Position numbers and translations under genes: made by a program. Under the pieces are notes generated by a model. The model saw only the letters and a list, made by a program, of their open reading frames with translations. It was not told the origin of the DNA and did no database searches. Of a DNA stretch of 64,000 nucleotides, positions 12,708 through 25,359 are shown piece after piece; positions within the stretch are counted from its first letter, which is position 1; every line of letters begins with the position of its first letter. The stretch lies in NCBI RefSeq assembly GCF_037042905.1, contig NC_087246.1, forward strand, positions 9,984,001 to 10,048,000, read 5' to 3'. This DNA comes from Lytechinus pictus. Taxonomy: Eukaryota.

Positions 12708-14435
12708 CAATGTATTCTGTACATTGCCAGTTTAGCAATTGACAAATGTAAAAAATAATTAAAAAAAATCTTCTATAAGTCTCTCTATGGTTATATAATT
12801 TTTCTGTGGCTTTTTAATAGTGTTTCTCTTTTCTTTGGAATTGATCTTCCTAATTTTTTTTTAAGTGATAACTGAAATAGTTATTTTTCAATTGCTAATT
12901 GGGCATTGTAGAGAAAAACATAGATAATTGAATCAATTAATATACAAATATATGTTTAAATGATGGAAAAATATTCCAGATTTCATTTTATTTTTTTAGA
13001 CTCTTCAAATTTCCATAATTATCTCTTTTTCTTACCAAACTTGATGAAATTGTTGATGAGATTATTGTCCCCTCTTTCTAATGGAATTGATTGCCCGATA
13101 AAGGCTTGCAGTTTTCTCCAAGTCATACCCGGGCCTCACTGTACAAAGGGTTCCATTAGATTCTAAGTCAAATTGCTAATGACCTTAATTGGCTATTTCT
13201 TAAATCCATGATTTAAGATTGATTTTCTTATATTAACTTATCACATCTCTTTGTAAAATAAAATGCATTCACTGCATCATTATTATTCACTAAAAATCAA
13301 TAAGCACAATAAAGGGTGAATGAACCTGTTAGCAGACATAATTAACCCATTAAACCTCATTATGGAATCTGGGATGTTGATGGATATTACACATGGCATG
13401 TATCTGTTTGACTCCTTCATAGCACCACTAGGGAGTGTGCAACCTAATTCTAACATAGTTAATATCAAATTGATGGCTTCACATGGCTTCATTATAGGCT
13501 ATGTTTAAATAATATATTCATTTATACTCCTGTCACACCGATACCAATGTCACATGTCGTACAAAATTAATGTTTAAAATAAGGTTGGCTGAGGTCAGTT
13601 TTGCCAGGTGTGATGGTGGCATCAGAATCAAATTCCTTATCAAAGGAACATGTTAATAATAGGATTTTTTTATGACTAGATTCTTGTGAAATTGAATGCA
13701 TTCTTCTATCATAAGCATTAAATTTCCGTCAGAATCTAGAATATTGTTATAGAAATCATATTGTGTGCCCCTCAGATAAAAAAATCTATTCAATTTGACT
13801 TGTACTAGAGTACGGCTATTTTAGATTAGTTTTCAAAACTTACCAACAAATCACAAACATGACAAATGATCGATTACAGTTTCCTAAAGCTTAAGCAGTG
13901 CAAATGAAATCTTGTGAAAAAAATAAAATACAGAAATAAATGGCATATAATACATCATCTCAATGAGGTCATAGACATTGTATTGGTCATGCAAGAATAT
14001 ATTCATCTTCATCTCCAGCTGAGTTTAAACTCCCACTTCCCTGGTCTAATCAAGAAATTTGATTTGTGCTGGAATTATTAAAAGTGACTTGATGATGGAC
14101 CATGATTTATCGGTAAAGAGCATCAAGACATTATAATGTATTAAACACTGTATAGAGGCTCAGAATGGGATACAGAAATATTCCACAAGTTAGGGTCCAT
14201 ATTCATGTATATCATAACAAATGCTATTCAATATAATTATGATTACCTTGAATGATGATATTACTCGACTAGTTTGGTATGTAAGCCGAAAGTAAATTAT
14301 CAAATATAGGTGCTTAATGCAATAACAGCTAATATCGTAAAGGCAAATCATGCAGAACAATTATGCATTTTTTAAGAATTGCTCAAACGCCATGCGAATA
14401 TATTGTAATCATCATTATTATCATTATAATTACAG

Positions 14436-15170
14436 GGGCCGTATTCGGAAAATTGTCTTAAGAGAAATATTCTTGTATCTGTAGAGTTAAAATAAAATCC
14501 CTATTCCGAAAATTCTTGTATCTTTTCTTGTAATTTTTTTGTAACTTTTGCTGAGCGTGTATGATGTCAGAGCTAGAATTATACGTAAAGTTAAAAACGG
14601 CGCATAAATATCCCTTTGCGCAAGATAACATATCGAGATAAAAGGAATTCTGAAAATTCTCTTATCTTTATAAGAGGTAGGGGGCTATTGTAACTTATTG
14701 TCGCATGCGATATTTGTCCGTCTGCAATAATTATTTCTTGCTGCATCCCGCAAGAACATCATATTTTACAAAAGGACACATTCCAAAGACATTTTCAGCA
14801 ATTAAAAATTGGTGTTCGAGATGATGAAAATATATCTTTGAGAACAGCCACAGGTATTTTTAGCACAGAAGCGCACAAGCATAAGCGTCGGGGGGCGCAA
14901 GGAAATTACGCCTCATATCAACAATGCGCTTCATTATTTTCCAGAAAAGACGCTTCTATTGGTTGACCTAGAAAAATCTAAGCATATAACAAGCTTAATG
15001 ATTGGTTGATGATGAAATATTGGGCATGTAAGAGATAAAATAGGGGACGTCCTTACAGAGATTAGACAATTTTCAGAATACCAATTTATGAGAATTTTAG
15101 CGAGCTGTTATCTTGCTGACTTACAAGAAACGTTACAAGAAAAGTTAAGACAATTTTCTGAATACCACCC
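14436..15170. mobile_element. Harbinger-type non-autonomous element
   Basis: GGGCCGTATTCGGAAAATTGTCTTA...TAAGACAATTTTCTGAATACCACCC; CAG/TAG flanks. Confidence 0.75.
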
Positions 15171-15354
15171 TAGGATATGAACATCATAATTGGTATTATT
15201 TAAAGGGGAATCCAACCCTAATAAAAACTTGTGTTTAGAGGAAAAAGAAAAATTTGACAAGTTGAAGTTGACAAGGTGAAAGTTTGAACAATATCGAAAC
15301 AAACAATAAGAAAGTTATGAATTTTAAAAGTTGCAAATATTGGTAATATCTATA

Positions 15355-16766
15355 GGGGAAGGCGGGGTAAGTTGTGACACTTTTTGCATTTTGCATGCTA
15401 GAATTGATATGACTAATAATATTGTAGTATTAAGTACCTTGCCTTTAAATTTGATTCTTGGGAAATATTTTTCATCTATATATAACTTTCTACCCCCACA
15501 CTGAAAGTCACTGTGACCTTTGAAAATAACGATGTCAAATGGCTCAACTTGCCCCATCTATGGGGTAAGTTGTGCCACCTTCTGGGGTAAGTTGAGCCAC
15601 AAAAACTATGTACAAAATGTATGCAGGAAGAACCAGCATGTCAATTTTTATTTAAAGTCTTTTCACTTGCTAATTCTCTATAAATACTAACATCCTCTAA
15701 AAGTAAAAGAACTGTCATGTCAATTTGCTCCTTTCTGTCTGCATATCAATGGCTTTTTAAGGTTTGTTTTTTGTTTTTTATACATTACCATAAGAATTAC
15801 CATGGCTCAACTTGCCCCATGTTGGCTGGCACAAATTACCCCAGTCCGAACTTAATGCGGTATTTTCACATCCACACATTTCTTATGCATCCATCATGTA
15901 AAAGACTATGACAAGAATGAGAATCCATACCTGGACTATCAATATTGTTCTTATTTCTTTATTATATTTAAAGACCTGTGTGGGTAAAAAGCACTTATCT
16001 ATTTTACACCCTTTTTTACTTTTTTGGATGAAATTCATATTTTTCCCTCTAAAAGAGTAATTTTTGTTTCAAAGTTGAAAACAATGTGGTGGGAATAAGG
16101 GTTATATAATGGGTCATCCATGCATGACACCACCACAATGTCTGACTCATTCATTATTGGCCTGGGGGTGGCCCGGGGGGGGGGCACTCAGTATATAATG
16201 CATAGTGGGTATGTGCCGCGGAGGGGACCCCCATTTTTACACTCAAATTTCCGTTCCAAGGCATAGCATTTTTATCTTATTGAGAAAAAGAACAAAGAAA
16301 GCCGCTCCAAGGCATAGCATTTCCTTCTTATCGAGAAAAAAAGAAGAAAGAAATCCGCTCCAAAGCTTCGCATATTTTTCGTTACGCCGTTCCGGTCGCA
16401 TTGATCTGCTACAAGGAGCTGCAATTTTGGTGAAAAGCGGCCGTAGAGCGCTTTTCGACCGTCGCCTAAGCACGAGCGCACCCGGCGGGGGCCGCGCTAG
16501 CTGCGTCATGGGCGATTGCCCGTTCCATGGGGATGCATACGCACTCACAGAGATACGAAGATCCGTTCCGAGGACCCCCGTTTTCACAAACATTTGTAGT
16601 TCCGAAGCCCGTTCCGAGGACCCTCCTTTTTTCCATAAGCCCGCTCCAAGGCCCCCGTTTTTTGCCTCACCCGCGGCACACCCCTACCACTTTTTTGGTC
16701 GAGTGCCCCCCCCGGGGGGGGTGGTGGCTCAACTTGCCCCTATGCTCAACTTACCCCGCCTTCCCC
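15355..16766. mobile_element. Tc1/mariner/pogo-type non-autonomous element
   Basis: TA|GGGGAAGGCGGGGTAAGTTG...CAACTTACCCCGCCTTCCCC|TA, with internal repeats of the TIR motif. Confidence 0.8.
16172..16716. mobile_element. CCCGG-ended MITE, 8-bp TSD
   Basis: CCCGGGGG..GCACTC...GAGTGCCCC..CCCGGG flanked by GGGGGTGG on both sides. Confidence 0.8.
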
Positions 16767-19609
16767 TACCCATAGATACTTCAAATTTGCCGCATATTGA
16801 TGTCATAGTGATGAAAGGCAAGGACTACTATTCCATGTACTCCAATTCATAAAATGGTTAAAATTTCATTTTTTCAAAAGTTTTATTTCAAATTATATTT
16901 TTCTTTCATGAGGGCATAAAACAATTTAGATTACTGCCCCAGGTAAATGGGGTATGTAGAAAGAAAAAAAAATCCCTGATAATCAAGAACATGATCTCTC
17001 GGATAGTTGTCCTTTCCCCTTGTCATGAATTTAAAATCTACATAGTCTTAGGGGTCTCAGCTTTAAAGCAGCCATATAGCTTTCTTATTGCTCGTCTGAT
17101 TTCTTTCAAACTTTCAAGGAATTTTAAGATGATTCAGCTAAATTAAATCTCATAGAACTTGATCAACTTTTCTTCGAATTCATTTCACCTGTAAGTGAAT
17201 CAATTCTATGATTTGCGCTTGAAATCAGCCAGTAGAGAAGAGGTGGAGGTTATTGTGAATGAATGGACGTGGGGTGTTTGGAGCAATCACAATCAAATGC
17301 ATGTCACACGCTATGTATGCTCTAACACTGGAGCATGGTTTAGACAGGGAGAATGAATTTCTCTGAAAAGCACAGACAAACTGTCCTGAACATGATGAGG
17401 GTATTACTCTGGAGACAAGGGAAACGTGATGAAGATTCTCTGAAAGGTGATCAACTCCTCTGAGAACATGACCAAGATCCGAAATCTCATGAGCCATCCA
17501 ATGAGATATATATCAGAACAGCATTACCTCTAAATAATCAGATCTGTCTATCTCTTCCAAATAAGTTGAACCATGTATGTATCATCTTTCTATCTCCTGA
17601 GATTGTGAAGATATTAGCTGCTTCATTTTGTGCAACTCATCCTTCACGAAAAGAGAGGTTGCAATATATTTTTTTTTGGTAAGTTAATTTACAATTACTT
17701 CTGTCCTTTCAAGAACTTTCTATAAGATCAACAGTCTTCAATTTTTCTATCTGTTAGGTATTTAAAAATCTTAATTACCCTCATTACCACTGAGGGTATG
17801 TCAAATAAGGAGATTATTCTGTGTATCTCTTGCATTGACAATCTTTCTTCTTTTTTCATCACATCTCATTCACACTTTTTTTATATACTTATTCACAAAG
17901 GAGTTATTGTTGAATGAGTACGTATTTAGATTGAAGTTTAAATCCCAACTTCCGGAAATGAAACATTTAAAGTCTAAGGGGTAAAAAAAATGCATTCAAT
18001 GGCTACTATGCTTTTCTGATATTGTAATGTTTGTTGATATTGTAGTATTGTTTACATTACTGACCCTTTTCCATATTTGAAGTGTACTAGAATGCTGCTA
18101 TCTTTATGAATTAGTTGAATGGAGTTTGTGTTGTTTTGAACCTGTCTGTGATTCATCATTAGTTCATAAAATATGTTTCCCCCCAGGGGTCATACAAATG
18201 TCCTAAATTTTTATTTGGACATATAATGTCTAAAGGTCAAGGGAAGAGGTAACACTAAGGGCAACAAGGAGACCATGCATCTTGAACTTGATGAATCACA
18301 AAAGCCAAGGAAGTTTCAATTAAAACCTTACTTTAGTTTTGGTAAATCCCTCCAGAAGTGCTTGTCACTTTTCCAATTTATTACTTCAGTATATGAACAC
18401 ATGTGCCTTAAAGCAGGTATATTGCAAAGGATAAGTTGTGTTAGATAGATTTACAGATCTTACATAGAAAAAATTGTTTCAATTATGTGCTCAATCAGAA
18501 TAGAATATAGCAAAACCCAGTGTGTAGCATTAAAAAGGCTAAAAATCTTAGGATTTTATCTTTTTCATTAGCTTTCTTAAATTCAATTACTTAATCTGTA
18601 GAGTAAGGGCAGCTTTAAAAAGAATTAAAACAATACTACAAGAGGGGGCACTAGATGTCAAATTTAAATGCTTTTGGCTGAAAATATGCCAAATCTAAAT
18701 AATTTCTAATGACTGAAAACATTTTTCAATGACATATATACATTTGTAATATTGGAATGTTAAGATGATAATTAAGTAAAATGGGCTACAACCTCCTTGC
18801 CAAAACAGCATTATCAAAGCATGAAATACTTCTAAAACTCTATGATTATTTAAATCATATTTAGCTCTTGAATCATCTTTATTGTTAATATGTTCTTATC
18901 AATTCAGAGGTTTTACATTTAACTTGTAATCATTTATCTTTTCTTTATACAAGATAGTCTCCTCAGTGCAGTGAATGCTTTAAATAAAGGGTCCTATAAA
19001 TTATTCATAAATTTGTTTAAAGGCAAAATATAACATCGCTCCCTGTTTAAAAAAAATCAATGTTGATACCTGAAAATAGTATGGGTATAACAGTTACAAT
19101 ATTAAAATGCCGTCATGAAAATCTCACATCACAAAAATCATTGGATATATTTATAAAAATATGAAATATAAGTGACCCTCTTTCAGTTGCAGGAGTCCGT
19201 TGTGACAGAAAGTTCGTTGCATTTCAAAATTGTGCCATGTATTTATTAGTAGCGCCCTCTTCTGATGAGAGTGTGCAATGCTCATAGATGATCGTTGATT
19301 GGTGCTCTGATGTGTGGAGGCGGGGCAACGAGCGACGAGGAACAAGTGTTTTGCTTCTAGGAAGTACGTTCCCATATACACATCGGCGTTTGCCAGGTGC
19401 CATTGCAGTTTGGCCGCTCAGCGTGTCTCTGTTTACAAAGAATCCCCACGTTTCCACTGCCGCCATGTCCTCGCACTGATTGCGATCGCTGATTGTGTTT
19501 ATGATACGGTCTCATGTGGTCGTAAGAGGTCAAAGGCCAGTCTAGTGTGTCTGGTGACTATTTACAGAAATCCCAACACCACTTGGATTGATGCCTGCAT
19601 GTTCGAACC

Positions 19610-19762
19610 TAGCCTCTTGTCGAGGCCCTGGCAGCTGCTTCCTGAGCGAAGCGAGGGCTTTCCTAATTCGCGAAGCGAATTAGGCCTGGCGCGAGCCAGC
19701 TCTCTGCCGTGCTTTGCCATGTTCGCTCGGAAAGCAGCCGACAGGGCCTCGACAAGAGGCTA
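19610..19762. mobile_element. 153-bp MITE with TAG..CTA ends and 9-bp TSD (AcademH-like)
   Basis: 21-bp perfect TIR TAGCCTCTTGTCGAGGCCCTG; GTTCGAACC at 19601-19609 and 19763-19771. Confidence 0.85.
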
Positions 19763-19880
19763 GTTCGAACCAGGCATACGCATATCCCTGCTCCATGTAG
19801 GCCTATCGTAATTGCTAGCTACTCTCTCTGTGTTTGGCAATACTCAAACTGATGAGGGGGGGGGAGGGGTGGGTGCGGTG

Positions 19881-20851
19881 TGTGAGTTCCTTGGTTTGCT
19901 CCAAAATTGTTACAAACGGTAACGGTCATTTTTTAGTATCGCAACTGTAAATTTATGTAAAACAAACAGCACTTGTTAATAATTATGACTTTGTTTTCAT
20001 GATTATGTTTGCATGTTTTATGGGTTTGTAGCTTATAATAAGACAAAATGATTGTTTGAATTTTAAATCCCCCAAGTATTTTTGCAACAATCAAAGTAAC
20101 AGGGGCCGCGGAACGTTTTTCAAAGTGGGGGGCCGTGGGGGGGGGGGGCTGACCATCATCGGCTAAAAATCACAATCATATGGTCATTTTTACGTATTTG
20201 TACACGGTTTTGGAAAGGGGGGGGGGGCTGATGATGAGCCACCTCGGTTCCGCGGCCCCTGCATGCTAGAACGTAGTCAATTTGCAAAATTGAATCTGTT
20301 TCAACATCATCACGATACTCAACGGGACTCTGTTATAGTTTGTAGGTCTGTGAGTTCCTTGGTTTGCTCCCGAGTATTATTCTTCAAAATTACAAACGGT
20401 AATGGTCGTTTCTAGTATCGCAACTGTAAATTTATTTAAAACAAACAGCACTTTTTTATAATTATGACTTTGTTTTCATGATTATGTTTGTTTTGTTTTA
20501 TGGGTTTGTAGCTTATGATAAGACCGAAATGATTGTTTAAAGTTTAATCCCTCAAGTATTTTTGCAACAATCAAAGTACCAGGGGCCGCGGAACGTTTTT
20601 CAGAGTGGGGGGGGGGGGGTGGCTAGCTGAGACAACTTGTGGGGGGGCTGACCATCATCGGCTAAAAATCACAATCATATGGTTATTTTTACGTATCAGT
20701 GTACACGGTTTTGGAAAAAGGGGGGCTGATGATGACGCCACCTCGGTTCCGCGGGCCCGCGGCCCCTGCATGTTAGAACGTAGTGTAAAATTTGCAATTG
20801 AATTTGTTTCAACAACATCACGATACTCAACGGGACTGTTATAGTTTGTAG
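19881..20851 (+). repeat. Tandem duplication of a ~470-500 bp unit, each copy containing a hAT-type MITE
   Basis: Units start tgtgagttccttggtttgctcc at 19881 and 20349. Each contains CAGGGGCCGCGGAAC...GTTCCGCGGCCCCTG (first copy 20100-20261). Confidence 0.9.
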
Positions 20852-21387
20852 CCTATGCCTAGGCCTTTTATTGTCCAAACAGTTGTAATGTTTGTAATCA
20901 TGACTTTGTTTTATGCTTATAATTTTTTTTTCGCTTATACTAAGACAAGACGCGGTAGTTTTAACTGATCCATTTCAAGTTGATATATATTCATGGGCTT
21001 ACAGGAAAAATACTTATAAGTCTACAATAGTATTCATTATATCCTTGGATTACATCTTTCATTTTATGAATCGTGTAGGCCTATAATGTTGATTAAATTT
21101 TGTACCCCTATTCTGGTTTGTGTGTGATTTATTATATTGTGGTGGGAGCTTACGAATCACTGGCGGATCAAGGGGGCACATCCTGCGGGCATCCTGCCCA
21201 TGCCCATGCACCCCTATAACAACGTACAACACCCTCAAAATTGTAAATGTAAGTATCCCAAGTGTGCAAATTACCTATGCAGGGGGCCCGGTATGGAGCG
21301 GCATTGCGACCCCGTCATGGATCATGTAGCCACTGATTTTTTTTTCTGAATTCATTGCACAACTTCCCCTGAGCCATGCACCGTTCA

Positions 21388-21992
21388 AGAACAAGTCCAG
21401 CCAAACAAAAAGCTAATTGAATAGAAAGAGAAAAATCAAACAAGCATACCACTGAAAATTTCATCAAAATCGGAGCTAAAATAAGAATATTATGACATTT
21501 TAAAGTTTCGCTAAATTTCACAAAACAGTTATATGCACATCTTAGTTGGCATGCAAATGGGATGACTGATGACATAACCCAATCACTATTTTTTTGTACT
21601 TTATTATTATGAAATATGAAATATTCTCATTTTCTCCCCATTGTCATGTGAAATAAAGTTGCATTCCTACCCGAAGATGTATAATTAAATTGTTTTAACG
21701 TTATCTGGTTCAGACAATATAAGGTCCTAATTTTCAAATCTGTAAAAGCTGAAATGATATATAATTCAAGCAATAAAAACAAAACAAAAATAATAAGTGA
21801 GTGACATCATTGACTCTTATTTTGCATATCATAGTATTGAGCATATAACTGTTTTTTTTTAAATCAGCGAAACTTTAAAATGTCATAACTTTCTTATTTT
21901 ACATCCGATTTTGATGAAGTTTTCAGCGTTATTTTTGTTTGTTTGATTTTCTCTATCAAACAACTTTTTTTTTTCTGGGGTGGACTTGACCT
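21388..21992. mobile_element. Kolobok-type MITE (family B) with TTCA flanks
   Basis: Homologous to 47500 and 62544; flanked by TTCA on both sides. Confidence 0.8.
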
Positions 21993-22271
21993 TTCAGGTA
22001 GGCATAATCTTGCCCAGCGCACTTGACATGATTTACAGGCCTAGCCTATAATATATCGATTTCACAACCGAAGAGTTGTCGAACATATTTATTTTTAAAG
22101 GAGAAAATTCTTACATCACCTAATGACCAGACCCCGTCACTGAACGAATTTATGAAACCATATATTCCAAAAAAGGCTTTATATGCTTTGTGTCAAAAAG
22201 AGCTTGTCAAAAGGAGGAAAACGCGGCTACGACCAGATATAGATATTAGTTTTATGGCCGCAGACGTTACA

Positions 22272-24080
22272 CCGGGCTGAAAATGTCTAAAGTAGAATTT
22301 ACTAAAATTTTATCAAATTCTGATAACAGCAAAATTATTAAATTTGAAAGTTTAGCAATATTTTGTGAAACTCGTCGTCATGAATATTCATTAGGCATAG
22401 GCGGATCCAGGGAGGGGGGGGCCGCCCCCCCCCCTATTGGCGGAGCAAAAAAGAAGAAAAAAAGGAAAGAAAGAAAAAAAAAAGGAGGGAAAAGAGAGGG
22501 AAAAAAAAGAAGAGAAGGAAGACGAGTGAATAAAATAAGATGAGGGGAAGACTTGGAAAATAAAAAGAATCTTTCATGTCACTAAAATTTTTGATCGCGC
22601 TTCGCGCTCGCATTCCCTGTTAGGTGATTTACATATCTCTTTCAATATGGAGCTTAAATATCAAGTTTGGAAGTCAATATATATTTCACCTCGGAAATCG
22701 AACTTTCATTATTTTGTGTGGTTTCCAAATCAATTTTTAAAAAGTGCTCTTTATAAATGAAAGTTTTATGGTCTGAATATTAAAATTTCGGCTCGCGCTT
22801 CGCGCTCGCAAATTTTGATTTATCAGGTACCTATCATTTTCGTGTATTCCATTTAGTTTTCAAAATATCCCTTTTTCAGGTCTAATTGTCAAAACGTATC
22901 AGATAGCGATAAATGCTCGCATTTTGATTGGCGAGTTATGTATGTCTCAATATTTATTATACAACAAACTACTTAAAATCCTCTTTTCAATACAGTTTAT
23001 CAAAAATTTTGGCTCGCGCTTTGCGCTCGCATTAATGGTTAAAAATAGATTAACTGATGCATCGTATTCCTAATTACAAAAGTGCTTGAAATGTCCAGTT
23101 TTCAGGCCATAATATCATCAGATTTCTCACTCTCATTAGGCATTGATAAATAAGATTTAATAATTACACTGTCTCTTTTGTTTCATCTTGCTGCTTAGCA
23201 AGAGGAATATGAAGATAGTCATCATTTTCATATGATGATAGGTCCTAAGGATGTCCCGGTCCAATGTCAAAACTTGAAGTAATGATAATGAAAAATATCA
23301 GCTCTTTATTAAGTTCGAGCCATATCCACCTCACAATTTTCCTTCAAACTGCTTGAAATATAGAGCTGAAATTGACTTTTTCAGATCGGAAATATGAAAT
23401 AGTTTAAGCTCGCGCTTCGCGCTCGCTTTGATTTTCATGATAAAAGATGTATTTAGAATGCCTCGGGCCAAATCTGAAACGCGCGCGCATGTTTATTCAG
23501 ATACTCAACTTGTTCTCTATATGTAAATCATTATCCAGTTTCAGCTTCGCGCTCACATTATACGAATAAGGATTATGATACTGTATATTCATGTTGATTT
23601 ATTTAAGAATAAAGCTAGGAAGTTACTATGAGGACTACCCCTTCAAAGGAATAAAACAAAAATCATCTTCGAGCGGCCGATCGGGGAAAATATGGCTGGA
23701 AAAAAATCCTGCCCCCCCCCCTATCGGCGAAGGCTGGATCCCCCCCCCCCTGATTAGGTGGTCTCATGATGTCAGATCCCCACTTGCTCTTTTCTTATGA
23801 TGGCCTACTAAATCAGTTGACAATCCATTTTTTTTAGTGCTTGGAGGAAAAAAGGTGAATAAACCAGGTAATAAAATACAAAATAAATGAGTGAGGATAT
23901 GACATCAGTTGCCCATTGAATATTTATGAAGATATGTTTCACCAGATAATGCAATCTTTAAAATGTAACTATGTTATCCCTTGTCCGGGCCGATTTTGAT
24001 CGATCAGATTTTCACTGTTTTGTTTTTCTGATTTTCCTTTATGTGTTCAAATCATATTAATTTCAGATTTAAGTACCCCT
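22272..24080. mobile_element. Kolobok-type MITE (family A) split by a hAT-like insertion
   Basis: The ccgggctgaaaat...gaatattcattagg half matches the 1511 family. It resumes at 23753 and ends aagtacccct|TTAA. Confidence 0.7.
22396..23752. mobile_element. hAT-like non-autonomous element, 6-bp TSD
   Basis: CATAGGCGGATCCAG...CTGGATCCCCC..CTG; ATTAGG duplicated; dispersed CTCGCGCTTCGCGCTCGC motifs at about 22595, 22791, 23012, 23409 and 23544. Confidence 0.8.
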
Positions 24081-25359
24081 TTAAAAAACGCATTACAATT
24101 GCAGATTGCAAGTATCAGGCAGTTATATCATGAATGTTTACAGAACAAAAATCACAAAAATATATAGGCCTATAGGGAAACAATGCTGTAACAGAGGCCG
24201 AAATTATAACATAACTTGTAAATATACTTTTGAAGAAATATAATTGTTTCATGATTTCGTTCGATCGACAAATAAAGCCAGATTGCCGATTGTAGTAGGC
24301 CTATATTGTAAAAACAGTGGCAACCCCCCCCCCGAAACGCGGCGCGAATGGTAGGGTTAGGGGATTGGAGGGATTATGTGCATCCCTAATTTGCATACCT
24401 ATCAGTCCAAAAGTGCGAAACATGCGGCTTTTGGAAAGCCATGCTTACATAAGGAAGGTTATCTCTGAAGTGCATTATTGTAAGTATCTGTGCGACACTT
24501 TTCTTCTCCCTACCTTCGTCCATTTCGGGTTTTTTTTTCGTCTAACTTTTTACTTTTCGAGTTGAGCACAAAACACTGCGGCAAACCAAAGAACCAACTA
24601 CCGTATAGCGCATCACACGTAAACTCTATGTACACGTACAGCGCATCCGCTGTATGGCCGGTATAAACGTGGTAGTATAGTTGCGTAATCCATTGACTGC
24701 ATGTGCTGCAGTTGATTCACACAGGCACAGAGCAATCGCATGTATCATGCATGCCCATATATGGATGGAACTGCGAGTTTGATTGGCAGAACTACACGGT
24801 CTCTTATCACAGAGGGAAGCAGACAACGTTTTTTTGAACTCGGCCGTTGCAACTGTTTTGAATTATTATCGGCACGATAGAAATTATACAAAATCTTCAA
24901 TTATAACCTATCAAAAGCATTTCTTTCGATGTTTTTGTTGGTTTCAGAGTTTTTAGGTTGATAGAAAGGCATTCACATACATATTTCATCTCTCACTTGA
25001 TTTTTTTAAAATAACATGTCTACAACGTTAGTCTTTGCCTTTAATGTTTGGAACAAAAAGGCCAAATAATTCTCATATCAGCATAATTGAATAAAGGAGG
25101 AAGGCAGTGAGGGAGAGAAAGAGAGAGAAAAAAAAGAAGGGGGAGAAGGGAGGTTCAGTGAGGGAGCAGAGGAGGAATAAAAGAAGAGAGATAGAAAGGA
25201 AGAGAGGGAAAGAGAAGATGAGTAATGGAGCAGGGGCCCTGGGGGAAAAGGGGGGTGTGGAATTGATGCATTCCCCAAAGGGGCCTACTGTTACAAAAAC
25301 TATGCCCCTTCAGCAAATCAATCAACCATTTATTTAAGTATTTTGGCGTGTACTCTATA

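Larger units (their letters stand above)
15204..17116. mobile_element. Kolobok-type MITE (outer layer of a triple nest; right end eroded)
   Basis: TTAA|AGGGGAATCC start. aaagtttgaacaatatcg..caataagaaagttat is mirrored by tttcttattgctcgtctgatttctttcaaactttca near 17080-17116. Confidence 0.6.
19021..25040. mobile_element. Decayed ~6-kb Kolobok-type transposon carrying several nested insertions
   Basis: TTAA|AGGCAAAATATAACATCG..tttaaaaaaaatcaa at the left end; the right end, read inward, is TTAA|AGGCAAAGACTAACGTTG..tttaaaaaaaatcaa. Both ends have CpG-rich promoter-like segments and broken ORF starts. Confidence 0.6.

Noticed and set aside
16205..16852. 215-aa ORF and overlapping ORFs
   Set aside because: They lie in a GC-rich MITE and cross element boundaries; no domain is recognisable.
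17225..17690. Coding-looking segment
   Set aside because: No sustained frame with matching splice sites and no recognisable domain.
19314..19763. 149-aa ORF as an intact gene
   Set aside because: It runs through a MITE insertion; at most it is a decayed transposon ORF fragment.
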